Source: Podarcis tiliguerta (Eukaryota). Taken from it: a DNA stretch of 64,000 nucleotides. The notes below the pieces were generated by a model. It made no database searches, was not told where the DNA came from, and saw nothing but the letters and a program-made list of their open reading frames with translations. Position numbers and translations under genes: made by a program. Positions 22,952-33,071 of the stretch are shown here, piece by piece. Where the stretch lies: the NCBI GenBank assembly GCA_965153285.1, contig OZ229119.1. One strand, given 5' to 3'. The stretch's first letter is position 1. Each line of letters begins with the position of its first letter.

Positions 22952-24603
22952 TACCATATTCTTTTGGGAGCTTTAACTGCATGAGACTTAGACTCAAAAG
23001 CCCTGTTATAATGACATTTTTCTACACAAAGGTGATGAAGTCTAATTGAAATTTATGTCTTGGCTAAATGGGCTTAAGTGACCACGGTTTTCTTTGCATA
23101 TAACATTAAATCAAGTATGGTTTAATATGAACATGCAGTATGCGCCCCCTTCCTCCTACCAGACTGCTGAGAAACAAGCGCATGCTTTGACTTGGTGTTT
23201 TGTCTGCAGAGCCGTCTTTCCCATAGGGCTTAGTGGCGCATCGCGCCAGGGCTCCGGCCTCTCAGGGGCGCCCCAGCAAGTGGGGGAGCTGCGCGGCTTT
23301 GTTGGCGGCCTCCTCTTTCCCTGCATGCCTGCCAGCTGTGCCCCACCAACCATATGGCTGGCGGTCATCCAGCTTCCCTCCCAAGCCTCTGCGGGAATCG
23401 CTCTCAGAAACAGACCATGAGTCTGGATCTGGACATAACACTTAGCAGCATGGCAGGAACAGCAGGGAACGAAGCACCCACAGTTTCAGTCGTGTTGCAC
23501 CAACATTCTGTGTGTTGGCACTAACATGCAAACCAGGCTTGTAAGTTTAAGGCTCATTGTTTTCTTGTTGATGATCAGCAGCAACACAGTGGTTTTCAGG
23601 CTTTCTAACTTCAGGGAACTCTTTCCCACATTGATTTCAGTGCTATGGAGCCCCTTTACATATGCTGAAAACATTTTCCAATGTGTCATATTTGTACTTG
23701 AAACTGATGGGTTACCATTGAAATTTGTGATGTTAGCTAAATAGGTTTTAAGTGTGTGTGTTTAGAGCTTGCTATTCCCTTGGCAATGGAGTGTATAAAT
23801 GCTGAGGCACTGAAGCAGAAAAGGTGCTACTGGGGCCATTTGTAATTTCATGGTAGAAAATATTTAAATCTGTTAAAATATAATTAGCTCTTACTATGTG
23901 CAAATTAATGTGAAGAAAATACAGATACCTAGGTATTAACAAAGTTAACTTCAAATTGTGAAGCAGCTGGAATTCAAATACTGGGGAAAAATCCAAGGGT
24001 CTGCAATTTATTCCAACAATTTCATTTCCAGATAAAGTACGTGTTCCTTTTTTCAGTAAATTATTAAGAGGGGAAGAAGAGGAGGAATCTTTAACATGAA
24101 TGTAATCCATCCTCCCAAAAGAGTTTATTATTGTATTTATCATTCCCTGTATAATCTCTTTATTATTATAGAGTGTTTTTTGTGATTTAGCTGGAATTTC
24201 AGGCCACTAATAGGCATAAACAGTAAAAAATATATTAAAAAATGGTTGACCATTTGAATGTTTTACGTCAGAAAATGATTTAAAGAGATACAAAAGCTGC
24301 AATCCTAAACACATTGACTAGGAAATAAGCTCAACTGAATTCAGACTTTTGAGAGAACATTTATAATGTTGCACTGTTAATTTTGGAGCTATCAAACAAA
24401 TTAAGACAAGACAAATTAAGACAAGACACTTGAACAGCATATAATGACAAAAAAGGATTATTAGATTTCTTGACATGCATCTAGTACATTCCCTGTGAAA
24501 TGCATTAGCAAGAAAAAAGTGTATTGCAGAATTCTATTATTTTCAGATAATAATTATTTTTAACAGGAAAGAAAACATTTTAAAATTCCTTAACATTTAA
24601 TAC

Positions 24604-24728
24604 ATCTAAATTTTGTGTTCATCCACCTTCCATTTCTTGCTAATAGTGTTGCACTTTTCTACAATTTTGGAAAATCTTGGAAATCAGACCCAGGAATAAT
24701 TAAAGCCACAGAAGAACAAAAGAAAAAG
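24604..24728 (+). CDS. ZDHHC17: ZDHHC17 exon 11: (D)LNFVFIHLPFLANSVALFYNFGKSWKSDPGIIKATEEQKKK
   Basis: AC acceptor after U12 branch site; DPG motif of DHHC enzymes; AAG|gtaaaa donor. Confidence 0.95.
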
Positions 24729-25036
24729 GTAAAAAGCAAAACAGTCCATTCTTGTTAATGGTTGAAGATGTTGTTTAGATTTTCTGTGTACACGCTCAAA
24801 GTGTTTTCTAATCAAAGCAATTACAGGAAAGTTTCCCCCACCCAGCCTCCCGCAGAGGGGCACAGGGGGCTGCAGAGGCGACAGAGAGTTGCTGAAAATT
24901 GTTTCTGTCTCTGTTTTGCCAAGTTGTTCCATTTAAGAACATCAGAGGTAATTGTAGTCTAAGCAGAGTGAATGCTTTGCTACTGAGAAATCTGCTGAGG
25001 TCATCCAGATATTTCTGGTGTTTGTTTAAAACTTTT

Positions 25037-25074
25037 GTGTGTGTGTGTGTGTGTGTGTGTAGATACACACACAT

Positions 25075-25120
<46 letters not shown>
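25037..25120. repeat. Compound (GT)n ... (CT)n(CA)n microsatellite
   Basis: Directly visible. Confidence 0.9.
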
Positions 25121-25121
<1 letters not shown>

Positions 25122-25867
25122 ATCCCTCAAGTATGCATCTTAACTTCCAAGAAATAATTGTGGAAAGAGTTGTGGCACCTTGAAGGTTAAGCCCAGACAG
25201 ATTACTCATCACATGGTGTAATTGTTTTTGAACCAGTTGAAAATGAAGGTGAAGATGTCATCCTTGAAAGGATACCAGCACGTCCAGAAAAAAGACTAGG
25301 CTGTAGACTCTCCTTCCCGATATGGTGTTCTGTGTATTGGGAGATTTTAATGTATCCCAGCTATCCTCTTCATGTCACCGCAGCAGAACATAGGGTGGTA
25401 GTAACGGCTTCAAACTGAATGCAAGGGGATACATTTTTGAGGTTGGAAAGGATATGCCTGTTACAGGAGTGACCCAACAGCCCTAATGCTGGTCCAATCT
25501 TGAGAAGCAGCCAGAAACTACTGATCTTGCTGCTGGATAGAGTCCCCTTGTATCTTAGAGGCAAGTGGGGCAGAACCAATTACACATGTGTGTTTATGTA
25601 GGCTCTAGTGGTGCCGAATTTCTTTGATGTGAATAAAATGGCATTAAGATCTTTTTGCCCAAGCTTGATATGGTGTTAAACTAATCTGAGTGTGTTAATA
25701 GAAGTTTGGATTTCTAGTGGGGTAGCTTTTGCAGTAAAAACAACCAAGAATCTCCTGGCACCTTGAAGGCTAACAAATTGTTTTATGACATAAGTTTGTC
25801 GACTTATGAAGCATGTATGAATATGGTTCTTAAATGATTAAATGTTCTTCTTTTTGCTTTTCTGCAG

Positions 25868-25930
25868 ACAATAGTGGAACTTGCAGAGACAGGAAGTCTG
25901 GACCTTAGTATATTCTGCAGTACCTGTTTG
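25868..25930 (+). CDS. ZDHHC17: ZDHHC17 exon 12: TIVELAETGSLDLSIFCSTCL
   Basis: ttttctgcag acceptor; TTG|gtagta donor (a tandem GT lies 3 nt downstream). Confidence 0.93.
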
Positions 25931-27797
25931 GTAGTATGCTTTTTTGCTTACATGTAATTAAATTACCAATTTTAACATCACGTCTGTTTAGAAAATGTGT
26001 GTATTCTTTGACCTTGCGATATTCATACAGGGTATAAGTGAGCCTCTGCCAACTAAAATACTAAGCCAGTATTTGGGCATATGAATGCCACGCTTCCTAG
26101 GGATAGGAAAAGGCAAGTCCATAGTGTGGTTGTGATGGATCCAGAAGAAAGCAGGATATCAAAATTCCTTACAGGAGTCCCTGTCCCACAGTGTTAGGAC
26201 TCTGTATTCCAGTGGGATGTCCTTGACACAAGTTCAGATGGATTTGGGTAGAAGCTTAACTTAAAACACCCACAGGTTTTTATATCAAAATACAGTGGCT
26301 CTCTTAAGTCAGTATAGAAATCTGGGCAGCAGACCGTTCCAGAGCTTCAAATAGAAAAAGATATATTCTAGTACACTAGGTGTGCTACGGTATCTGTTGC
26401 CACTCCCTGTGGTAAGACTTTCCACTACCAAAGTATTTAGCAGGAGCAATACAAGAGTTCCTAGTAATTCTGAAAGTTATTGTTGTTCCTATGTATCTTA
26501 ATGACAACCCTGGATTAGAATCCTAAAAATAGGAGAGAGAACAGGACTACTTTAGATTGTGACTAAATCAAACAAGTGCATAGATCTCCGAGTATAGAGC
26601 AAAACCATGAAAATACTTCCATTAACAACTTCAGATTAAATTTACAGTGCCATTTTAGATACACACACATCTTATACTGGATATTTTGTAGGAAATTTAG
26701 TTGTTCAGTTTGTGGTGTGTATAAAGTAAATATCAACATTAGTTATTATCAACTGGCACTTCAGTAAAAGTTTTGCCTTATCTAAAACATCTGTAATGAA
26801 GTAAGCAGAATGTGCTTTATATAATAATGTTCTCAAAATATACAGGAATTGTGAGATTGTTATGATACATTTATATTCCTATCCAGAATCTAAATACATG
26901 CAACTCTGGACTCTTTAATATAAAACCTTTAAACCTAAATACCATATATCATGTTGCATAAATTATTTGATACTATAATGGTACTTAAAAACTTGTTGCT
27001 CTGTATGAAAATCTTTTAAGAACTTGAGATATGGTGAAACATAAGTGTTCTCTTACTTTGGGACATTGATAAGATAGTCTTGACTACAGATCTGAGTATT
27101 TTGTATTTCAGACAAATTGTTTATTACTTGATAGATACACTATTTTTAAAATGCAAATGTTAAGCGTTGTAGGTGTCATTCTCAAGATAAAATGTCTTTT
27201 GTGCGCTAACATTTATTTTGATGAAATGTTTTCACCGACAGCATTACAGCAGTGTTATGCTCAGTTTTTTCTATATGGAATACAAATTATTTATGCATCC
27301 ACCCATAAGTAACTGATCTAACTGCAGACGATAAAAATCACCAAAATACTTAATCTTTTGTAAACTCTGCAAGCTTTTCCATCAGTATCGTCATCAGTTT
27401 CTTTGATCTCTAATTCAGAGTTTCAGTGTCGGCAGTAAATAGAATGGTGGGAAATTCTGTTTCGCAATGGAAAGGAGAATTTTCTTGTTTCAATTTAATT
27501 TAGATTGGCGATTGCAAATGCTGTAGGACTTGTGTATAGTGTATAAGACTTGTCTAGTGGGTGTAGGTGACAATAACAAAGCTTCCGTTTAGAGGAAAGT
27601 TAAAGTAAGGGAGGTATGTTTTTGCTAGGTGAAGCTAGAACTACAGGCTCCACGTGGTTACATTCTTAAATTCTTGGTATCATGACATGCATGAGTAGTA
27701 GAAGCAACAATAGCAACATTGTGTTCAAAATTCATATTAAAGATTGATAATATGAAAAGCAGGTTACATTGTATGCATATAAAAATCTGTTGAACAG

Positions 27798-27891
27798 ATA
27801 CGGAAACCAGTGAGGTCCAAACACTGTGGTGTGTGCAATCGATGTATAGCCAAGTTTGATCATCACTGCCCCTGGGTTGGTAACTGTGTAG
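27798..27891 (+). CDS. ZDHHC17: ZDHHC17 exon 13, catalytic DHHC: [31 protein letters not shown](G)
   Basis: DHHC codons at 27858-27869; gaacag acceptor, G|gtaagt donor. Confidence 0.97.
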
Positions 27892-28797
27892 GTAAGTACT
27901 GATAAGGAATAGAAAATTTCCATCATGTTTAGCTTTCAATCTCAAATAGTATGTGCATTTAGCATAGTACAGTTTCTTAGTATTCATGTATTCACCACTG
28001 CTATCAGACCAAGAAGATGCCAAACATTTTTTATTCTATAGTTTAGAAGCATAAGCAAGCTCAGCCAGCCTCTTGACCTCCAACGGTCTTTGTCACTGGG
28101 AGCTAAAGCAGTATAGCAAATGAATACAGCAGAGAGCAGGGTTGCTTTTTTTGTGGGAACACAGGTTTTTCATGTGAATGTTTGGTAGGTGATCTTGAAG
28201 CAAGTATGGTCACAAATCTTAGTGACTGTGAAGCTAAGACACAGTCTTTAAGCTTCGCATTTGAAGCACTTCCAAATGGATTCATCTCAACAGAATGCCT
28301 GAGCATTTTTAGAGAACTGATTTGATATAGTGTTGGTCTTTTTTTTCTTTTACAATTTTATGACGCATTAATAGTTTTATTGTGTACCACTTTCATTTTT
28401 TTGAGTTTGTGGTTTATAAATATTCAAATAAATAAATAAATTTCAGGGTAATATTAGTATTCATAAACAAATGAAATAGTTTTATTTTGGAGAAGAAAAG
28501 GTTACTGGGCTGAAGGTCAGCTTTGTACTGTATATTTGCATATTGCATATTTATGCTCACTTATTCATTTACTTCTTGAATACTTCCCAATTCTTTCCCC
28601 AGAGGAGCTTGTGCTTTATTTGCAAAGCACGTGATGAACTGCATTGCCGTGCTGAAATAAGATTCTTCTAGACTCTCCTAGTCTTGTGGCAGGGAAAGCT
28701 ATGCTTTATATATTATGTATTACTAGAAGACCCTTTCTGGTCTCTTGTTAAAACAGCATTAAAAACAAATACATTTACTTCCATTCTTTCTTCTCAG

Positions 28798-28881
28798 GAG
28801 CTGGCAACCATCGTTACTTCATGGGCTATCTATTCTTTTTACTATTCATGATTTGCTGGATGATTTATGGATGTATCTCTT
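28798..28881 (+). CDS. ZDHHC17: ZDHHC17 exon 14: AGNHRYFMGYLFFLLFMICWMIYGCIS(Y)
   Basis: ttcttctcag acceptor, T|gtgagt donor; GxxNHRYF motif. Confidence 0.96.
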
Positions 28882-29129
28882 GTGAGTATTGTTTCCTGAA
28901 CCATTTTCTTAATGCCTAGTTTAAGTCCTACTGTGACTGCAATGTTCTGTGTGAACGTTAACCTATACCTTGATTGTTCCCTGGTAGGGTTTTTCTTTTC
29001 TCATAAAAAATGCTTTTGGAAATGTTCCCCATGCAACATGCCCTGTATTCTGCAGGCTCATGTTCAGGAACATTTTCTAATCCAATGATATCATATTCTA
29101 ATCCAATGATACCTATTTTTTAATTCCAG

Positions 29130-29287
29130 ACTGGGGAATCCACTGTCACACTACTTACACAGCAGATGGATTTTGGACATATATTACACAAATAGCCACC
29201 TGTTCACCTTGGATGTTCTGGATGTTTTTGAATAGCGTGTTTCACTTCATGTGGGTGGCTGTGCTGCTAATGTGTCAGATGTATCAG
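29130..29287 (+). CDS. ZDHHC17: ZDHHC17 exon 15: WGIHCHTTYTADGFWTYITQIATCSPWMFWMFLNSVFHFMWVAVLLMCQMYQ
   Basis: attccag acceptor, CAG|gtagga donor. Confidence 0.96.
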
Positions 29288-31046
29288 GTAGGAGAAAGCA
29301 CTTAATATGCAAACAAGCAGGGTTGCATTCAGCAGTGTTGCTCACTGACAGTAAAGCAGTAAGGCCAGTTGAATAGGGACAAGAGAACTTGCCCCACCCT
29401 TCCCCTTGCACCCAGCCTCCTAAATCTGCTTCAGAGGGATGGGAGATTCTCCAGAGCAGATTTGGGGTTGAGGGAGGGCTGCAGAGGAGATGGGAAATCA
29501 CTGAAAAGTGCTTACCTCCTCATTCTGCTGACAGAAACCTTCCTGAGAATCCGGGGCTTAATTCCATTGCATATGTGAGGATCTGAATGCATATTGAAGC
29601 CCTTGGCTGTTTCTCTCTTTAATGCAAAGCATCAAACTTGAAATGCACTTATTTCCCAAGCCTTTGGGTGCCACTAGGTTTGATTTCCAGCACTATGGAA
29701 CTTGGTTGGGTTTGGTATACAAAAATGTTGAAAAAAATAAGTGGCTAGTTTCAAATCTGTTTTCATGTATCTCTTATCATAAATGATCATGAGTGACAGA
29801 AACACACAGGAGAATAGAAAAGACTTGGCGTCAAGTACATATTGGATGCAGCTGTTCTGCTGGCAAGGAATTTGCATCACTGAAACGCAATTGACTGTTT
29901 TTACACAGTCAATAAAGACTTTACCCAGGCAAGTTCAGAACATGCAAAGTCTCACTAAAGAAATTGGTCAAAGTAGCCATTAGTGTTTGGGGGGTGAGGG
30001 TTTGCTTAGATAATGATGGTCAGCAATTAAGACACAAAAAGAAACTCTTGTTAACTGGGACGTCCTGGCATGTTCCCTCACTTGCAGAAATGGAGGCGCT
30101 AAGCTCTTTCTTATCTTGGATTATTAAGATGTACTATGATAATCCAAGAACAGCCTATTTGTGTCAGTGTCTCAAAATAATAGGCAAAGTAATATAACAC
30201 TGACAATGTTTCGTCGGGTAGGGAAAGGAAAATGTTAACATGACAAACTTTCTCTTTAGCAGGCCCAAAGTTACTGCTTGACTGTTTTTGAAAATGAATC
30301 ATTGAACCTGTTAACTCACAGTTATTATTAAGTTCATCATGGTTCAGAGCAACCATCAGTATATATCCAGCGTATCAAAGAAGTTTTTTTGTGCATTAAC
30401 AGCAAACTCCATTAGCATGCAATACAGGAAAAGTATTCCATTTAGCTATAACTTGTTTCATCTTTGTACTAAGCTGTCAAAGGTGGTCTTGAAGTTACAG
30501 CAGAACAGTTCTGGCTTCAACCTCCACTTTCTGCAAGGATTGCCTATGCTACAGATTTCCCTATAGGGGTTTTGATAGTGCATCTTATTCCAGTGGGCTT
30601 TACGTCACTACCTGTCAGCTGATAGGTTCTCACTTCAAGGCCATTTGGATTCGCTGCACTATCGAGTTCAACAGGCAGTTTGCTGTGCTGTGGAGTGTCC
30701 CATGAGAAGCTGCATAGCACAATCTATACCAGCAGGCCTGCTGATCCCAGTAGACAGTCGATTGGTGGTGATAGTAAGTCTCCCTTGCTAATTAGCAGTT
30801 GGGAAAGTGCTTAAAGGCTCCCTGTTGTATATTGGCAGCTGCATCTCTCCCTACCCCACGCCTGATGTGTATATGATATCAGATGTGGGCAGATGGACAT
30901 GGTGGAACCACCTTGTGGACCAAATTGGGACCTGTTCCAGGCCTAATAAGAATTAGGGGCTGGAAGTTCCCCATGCCTCCTTTAGCGGGTTTATATGCTA
31001 CATCTTCAAAGACTCTGAATACTTCCCCCTCCTCCCTTTCTCCCAG

Positions 31047-31141
31047 ATCTCTTGTTTAGGTATTACTACAAATGAAAGGATGAATGCAAGACGATATAAG
31101 CACTTTAAAGTTACGACAACATCTATCGAAAGCCCATTTAA
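31047..31141 (+). CDS. ZDHHC17: ZDHHC17 exon 16: ISCLGITTNERMNARRYKHFKVTTTSIESPF(N)
   Basis: pyrimidine tract plus cag acceptor; TTxE motif; AA|gtaagt donor. Confidence 0.96.
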
Positions 31142-32192
31142 GTAAGTACATAGATAAAGAAACATGGAAATGTGTTTATACAAACATGCGGGTGGTATTC
31201 ACAAGTTAGGGAAAGCTTAAATAGCGCATGTGAATGGATTCTGTGTACTGGGTTGTTTCCCTCCTTTCCTAAAAGGTAGCCACAGAAATGTGAATCTCTT
31301 TCCACTTGTTCCCAGGAAAGCAGCTGAGCTAGGGTTGTGATCTTGATTGGGGAAACTGTTTGAAGGGTATCAAAAGTATTTTTTCTTTTATAGTTTACCT
31401 GCTCTGGGAATTGTATACAAATTGAAATGTGGACTACAACTTCCTTAAACAAATAACTGGAACATGAGCAGAAACGCATTTCTCTTTTAGCACCCTCAAA
31501 TTCAAAACTAAAACTAAAAAGCATACACTTCATTTTCTCTCTCCCGCATGCATATGCATGCATATGCAAATATTTACCATTTCATATTGTTCACATACTT
31601 GGATTCTCTTGGAAGCAATTAAGCCATTAGTACTGAAGTGCACAAAAAATCCTAGCTACCTAGTAACATTCAAAATAAACATTATCATAAATGAAAGATT
31701 ATTCCTTAGAAAAAAATACTTTAGAGTACACAGACATCTGCTTTCTCTTTCCCTAATTTGGTCCTGTTTTCTCTTCTCTACGATCCCATTAATAATTGAC
31801 AAAGACTCCTACATTTTCTTCTTTCCCCAAACCTCTTTATCCCATTCACCCTGCCTTATTCTTCCTCTTGTGTATCTTTCTTCCTTTGGAATTAAGGGCA
31901 CCAATAGTATGATCAAACAGCAGCAATCTAATAACATCAAAAAGTAAAAGTCTAATCAGCAGTCTGGGTGCACAGGCTGCAGTTTCTGGACTGTCTTCAA
32001 AGGCAGCCCTACATATAACAGTTTTCCAGTAGTTGTCTAAATGAGGTTACCAAGGAGGAAGCCACTGAAGCCGGATTATCCATAAGGAGTGGGCCATCAG
32101 AGAAAGCTATAAAGGCACTCAAGCCATTGAGACCACTTTTGTCTCTGGCGATAGTAAGAGAACCCACAAACCACAGACCTGAACTTTTAGGG

Positions 32193-32392
32193 CAGAGCTT
32201 TCCAAACCGTGTGTCGCGACACATTAGTGTGTCAGCTGCAGTGTGTAGGTGTGCCATGCAAACACTCCCTACGCTCCTCCGGGGGAAATGGGTTAGTTTA
32301 ACCTCCAGTTTGCTAATAAAACTGAATTACTGTGCCGCAAAATAATGCATGTCTAAAAAGTATGTCACCAACATAAAAAGTTTGGAAAGCTG
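32193..32392. mobile_element. hAT MITE with perfect 8-bp TSD
   Basis: TIRs CAGAGCTTTCCAAAC / GTTTGGAAAGCTG; TSD TTTTAGGG at 32185-32192 and 32393-32400. Confidence 0.9.
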
Positions 32393-32932
32393 TTTTAGGG
32401 GGAACATGACCATATCCAGAGCTGTTGAAAGCAGCATCCAGAGACTTATAGAATATCTGATGAAATAGTGGTCATACTCTCACTTGTGGGAGTGGCCAGA
32501 CTGTGCAACCACATTAGATATGTGAATTGTGTTCCATCAGAACCATGAATTCACTCAGTTCTAGCCAATTTAAATGGGTATTTGTAATATCTCACATGTG
32601 CTATGTAATCAGTCCTTCCCCAAACCCAATACACTAGGTCAGAAGTATTATCCCCATTATAAAGGGGGCAGATAAACTGAAGCCAAGAAATCATAGCTTT
32701 CCTAAAGCTTCCTATTGAGAGCTTACAACCCTGTGTGGCTTCTTGGTTGATAGCTGACGCTTTTCACTCCTCCATAGCAGTGAATGTTTCTGTAAGTATC
32801 AACAAGCACAAACACAGTTATACGTAAGTGGGGGTGGGGGTGGGGGGTGAGTCCTCATTAATGTTGACTAACATCGTTACACTTGCTGAACTAACATATA
32901 TTTATGTAACCGTTTCTGTTTGTATTTTTTAG

Positions 32933-33071
32933 CCATGGATGCATAAGAAACATTATAGACTTCTTTGAATTCAGATGCTGCGGTCTTTTTCGTCCTGTTA
33001 TTGTGGACTGGACAAGGCAGTATACAATAGAATATGACCAAACAACTGGAAGTGGCTACCAGCTAGTGTAA
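32933..33071 (+). CDS. ZDHHC17: ZDHHC17 last coding exon: HGCIRNIIDFFEFRCCGLFRPVIVDWTRQYTIEYDQTTGSGYQLV*
   Basis: tttttag acceptor; TAA at 33069-33071; C-terminus matches HIP14. Confidence 0.96.

Larger units (their letters stand above)
20504..24603 (+). other. ZDHHC17: U12-type (minor spliceosome) AT-AC intron of ZDHHC17
   Basis: 5'ss ATATCCTTT at 20504; branch site TTCCTTAAC at 24586-24594; terminal AC at 24602-24603; joining restores W-N-D-L-N-F. Confidence 0.96.

Noticed and set aside
28794-28800. NAGNAG acceptor (CAG GAG) at exon 14
   Set aside because: The distal GAG is a disfavoured acceptor; no reason to expect use.
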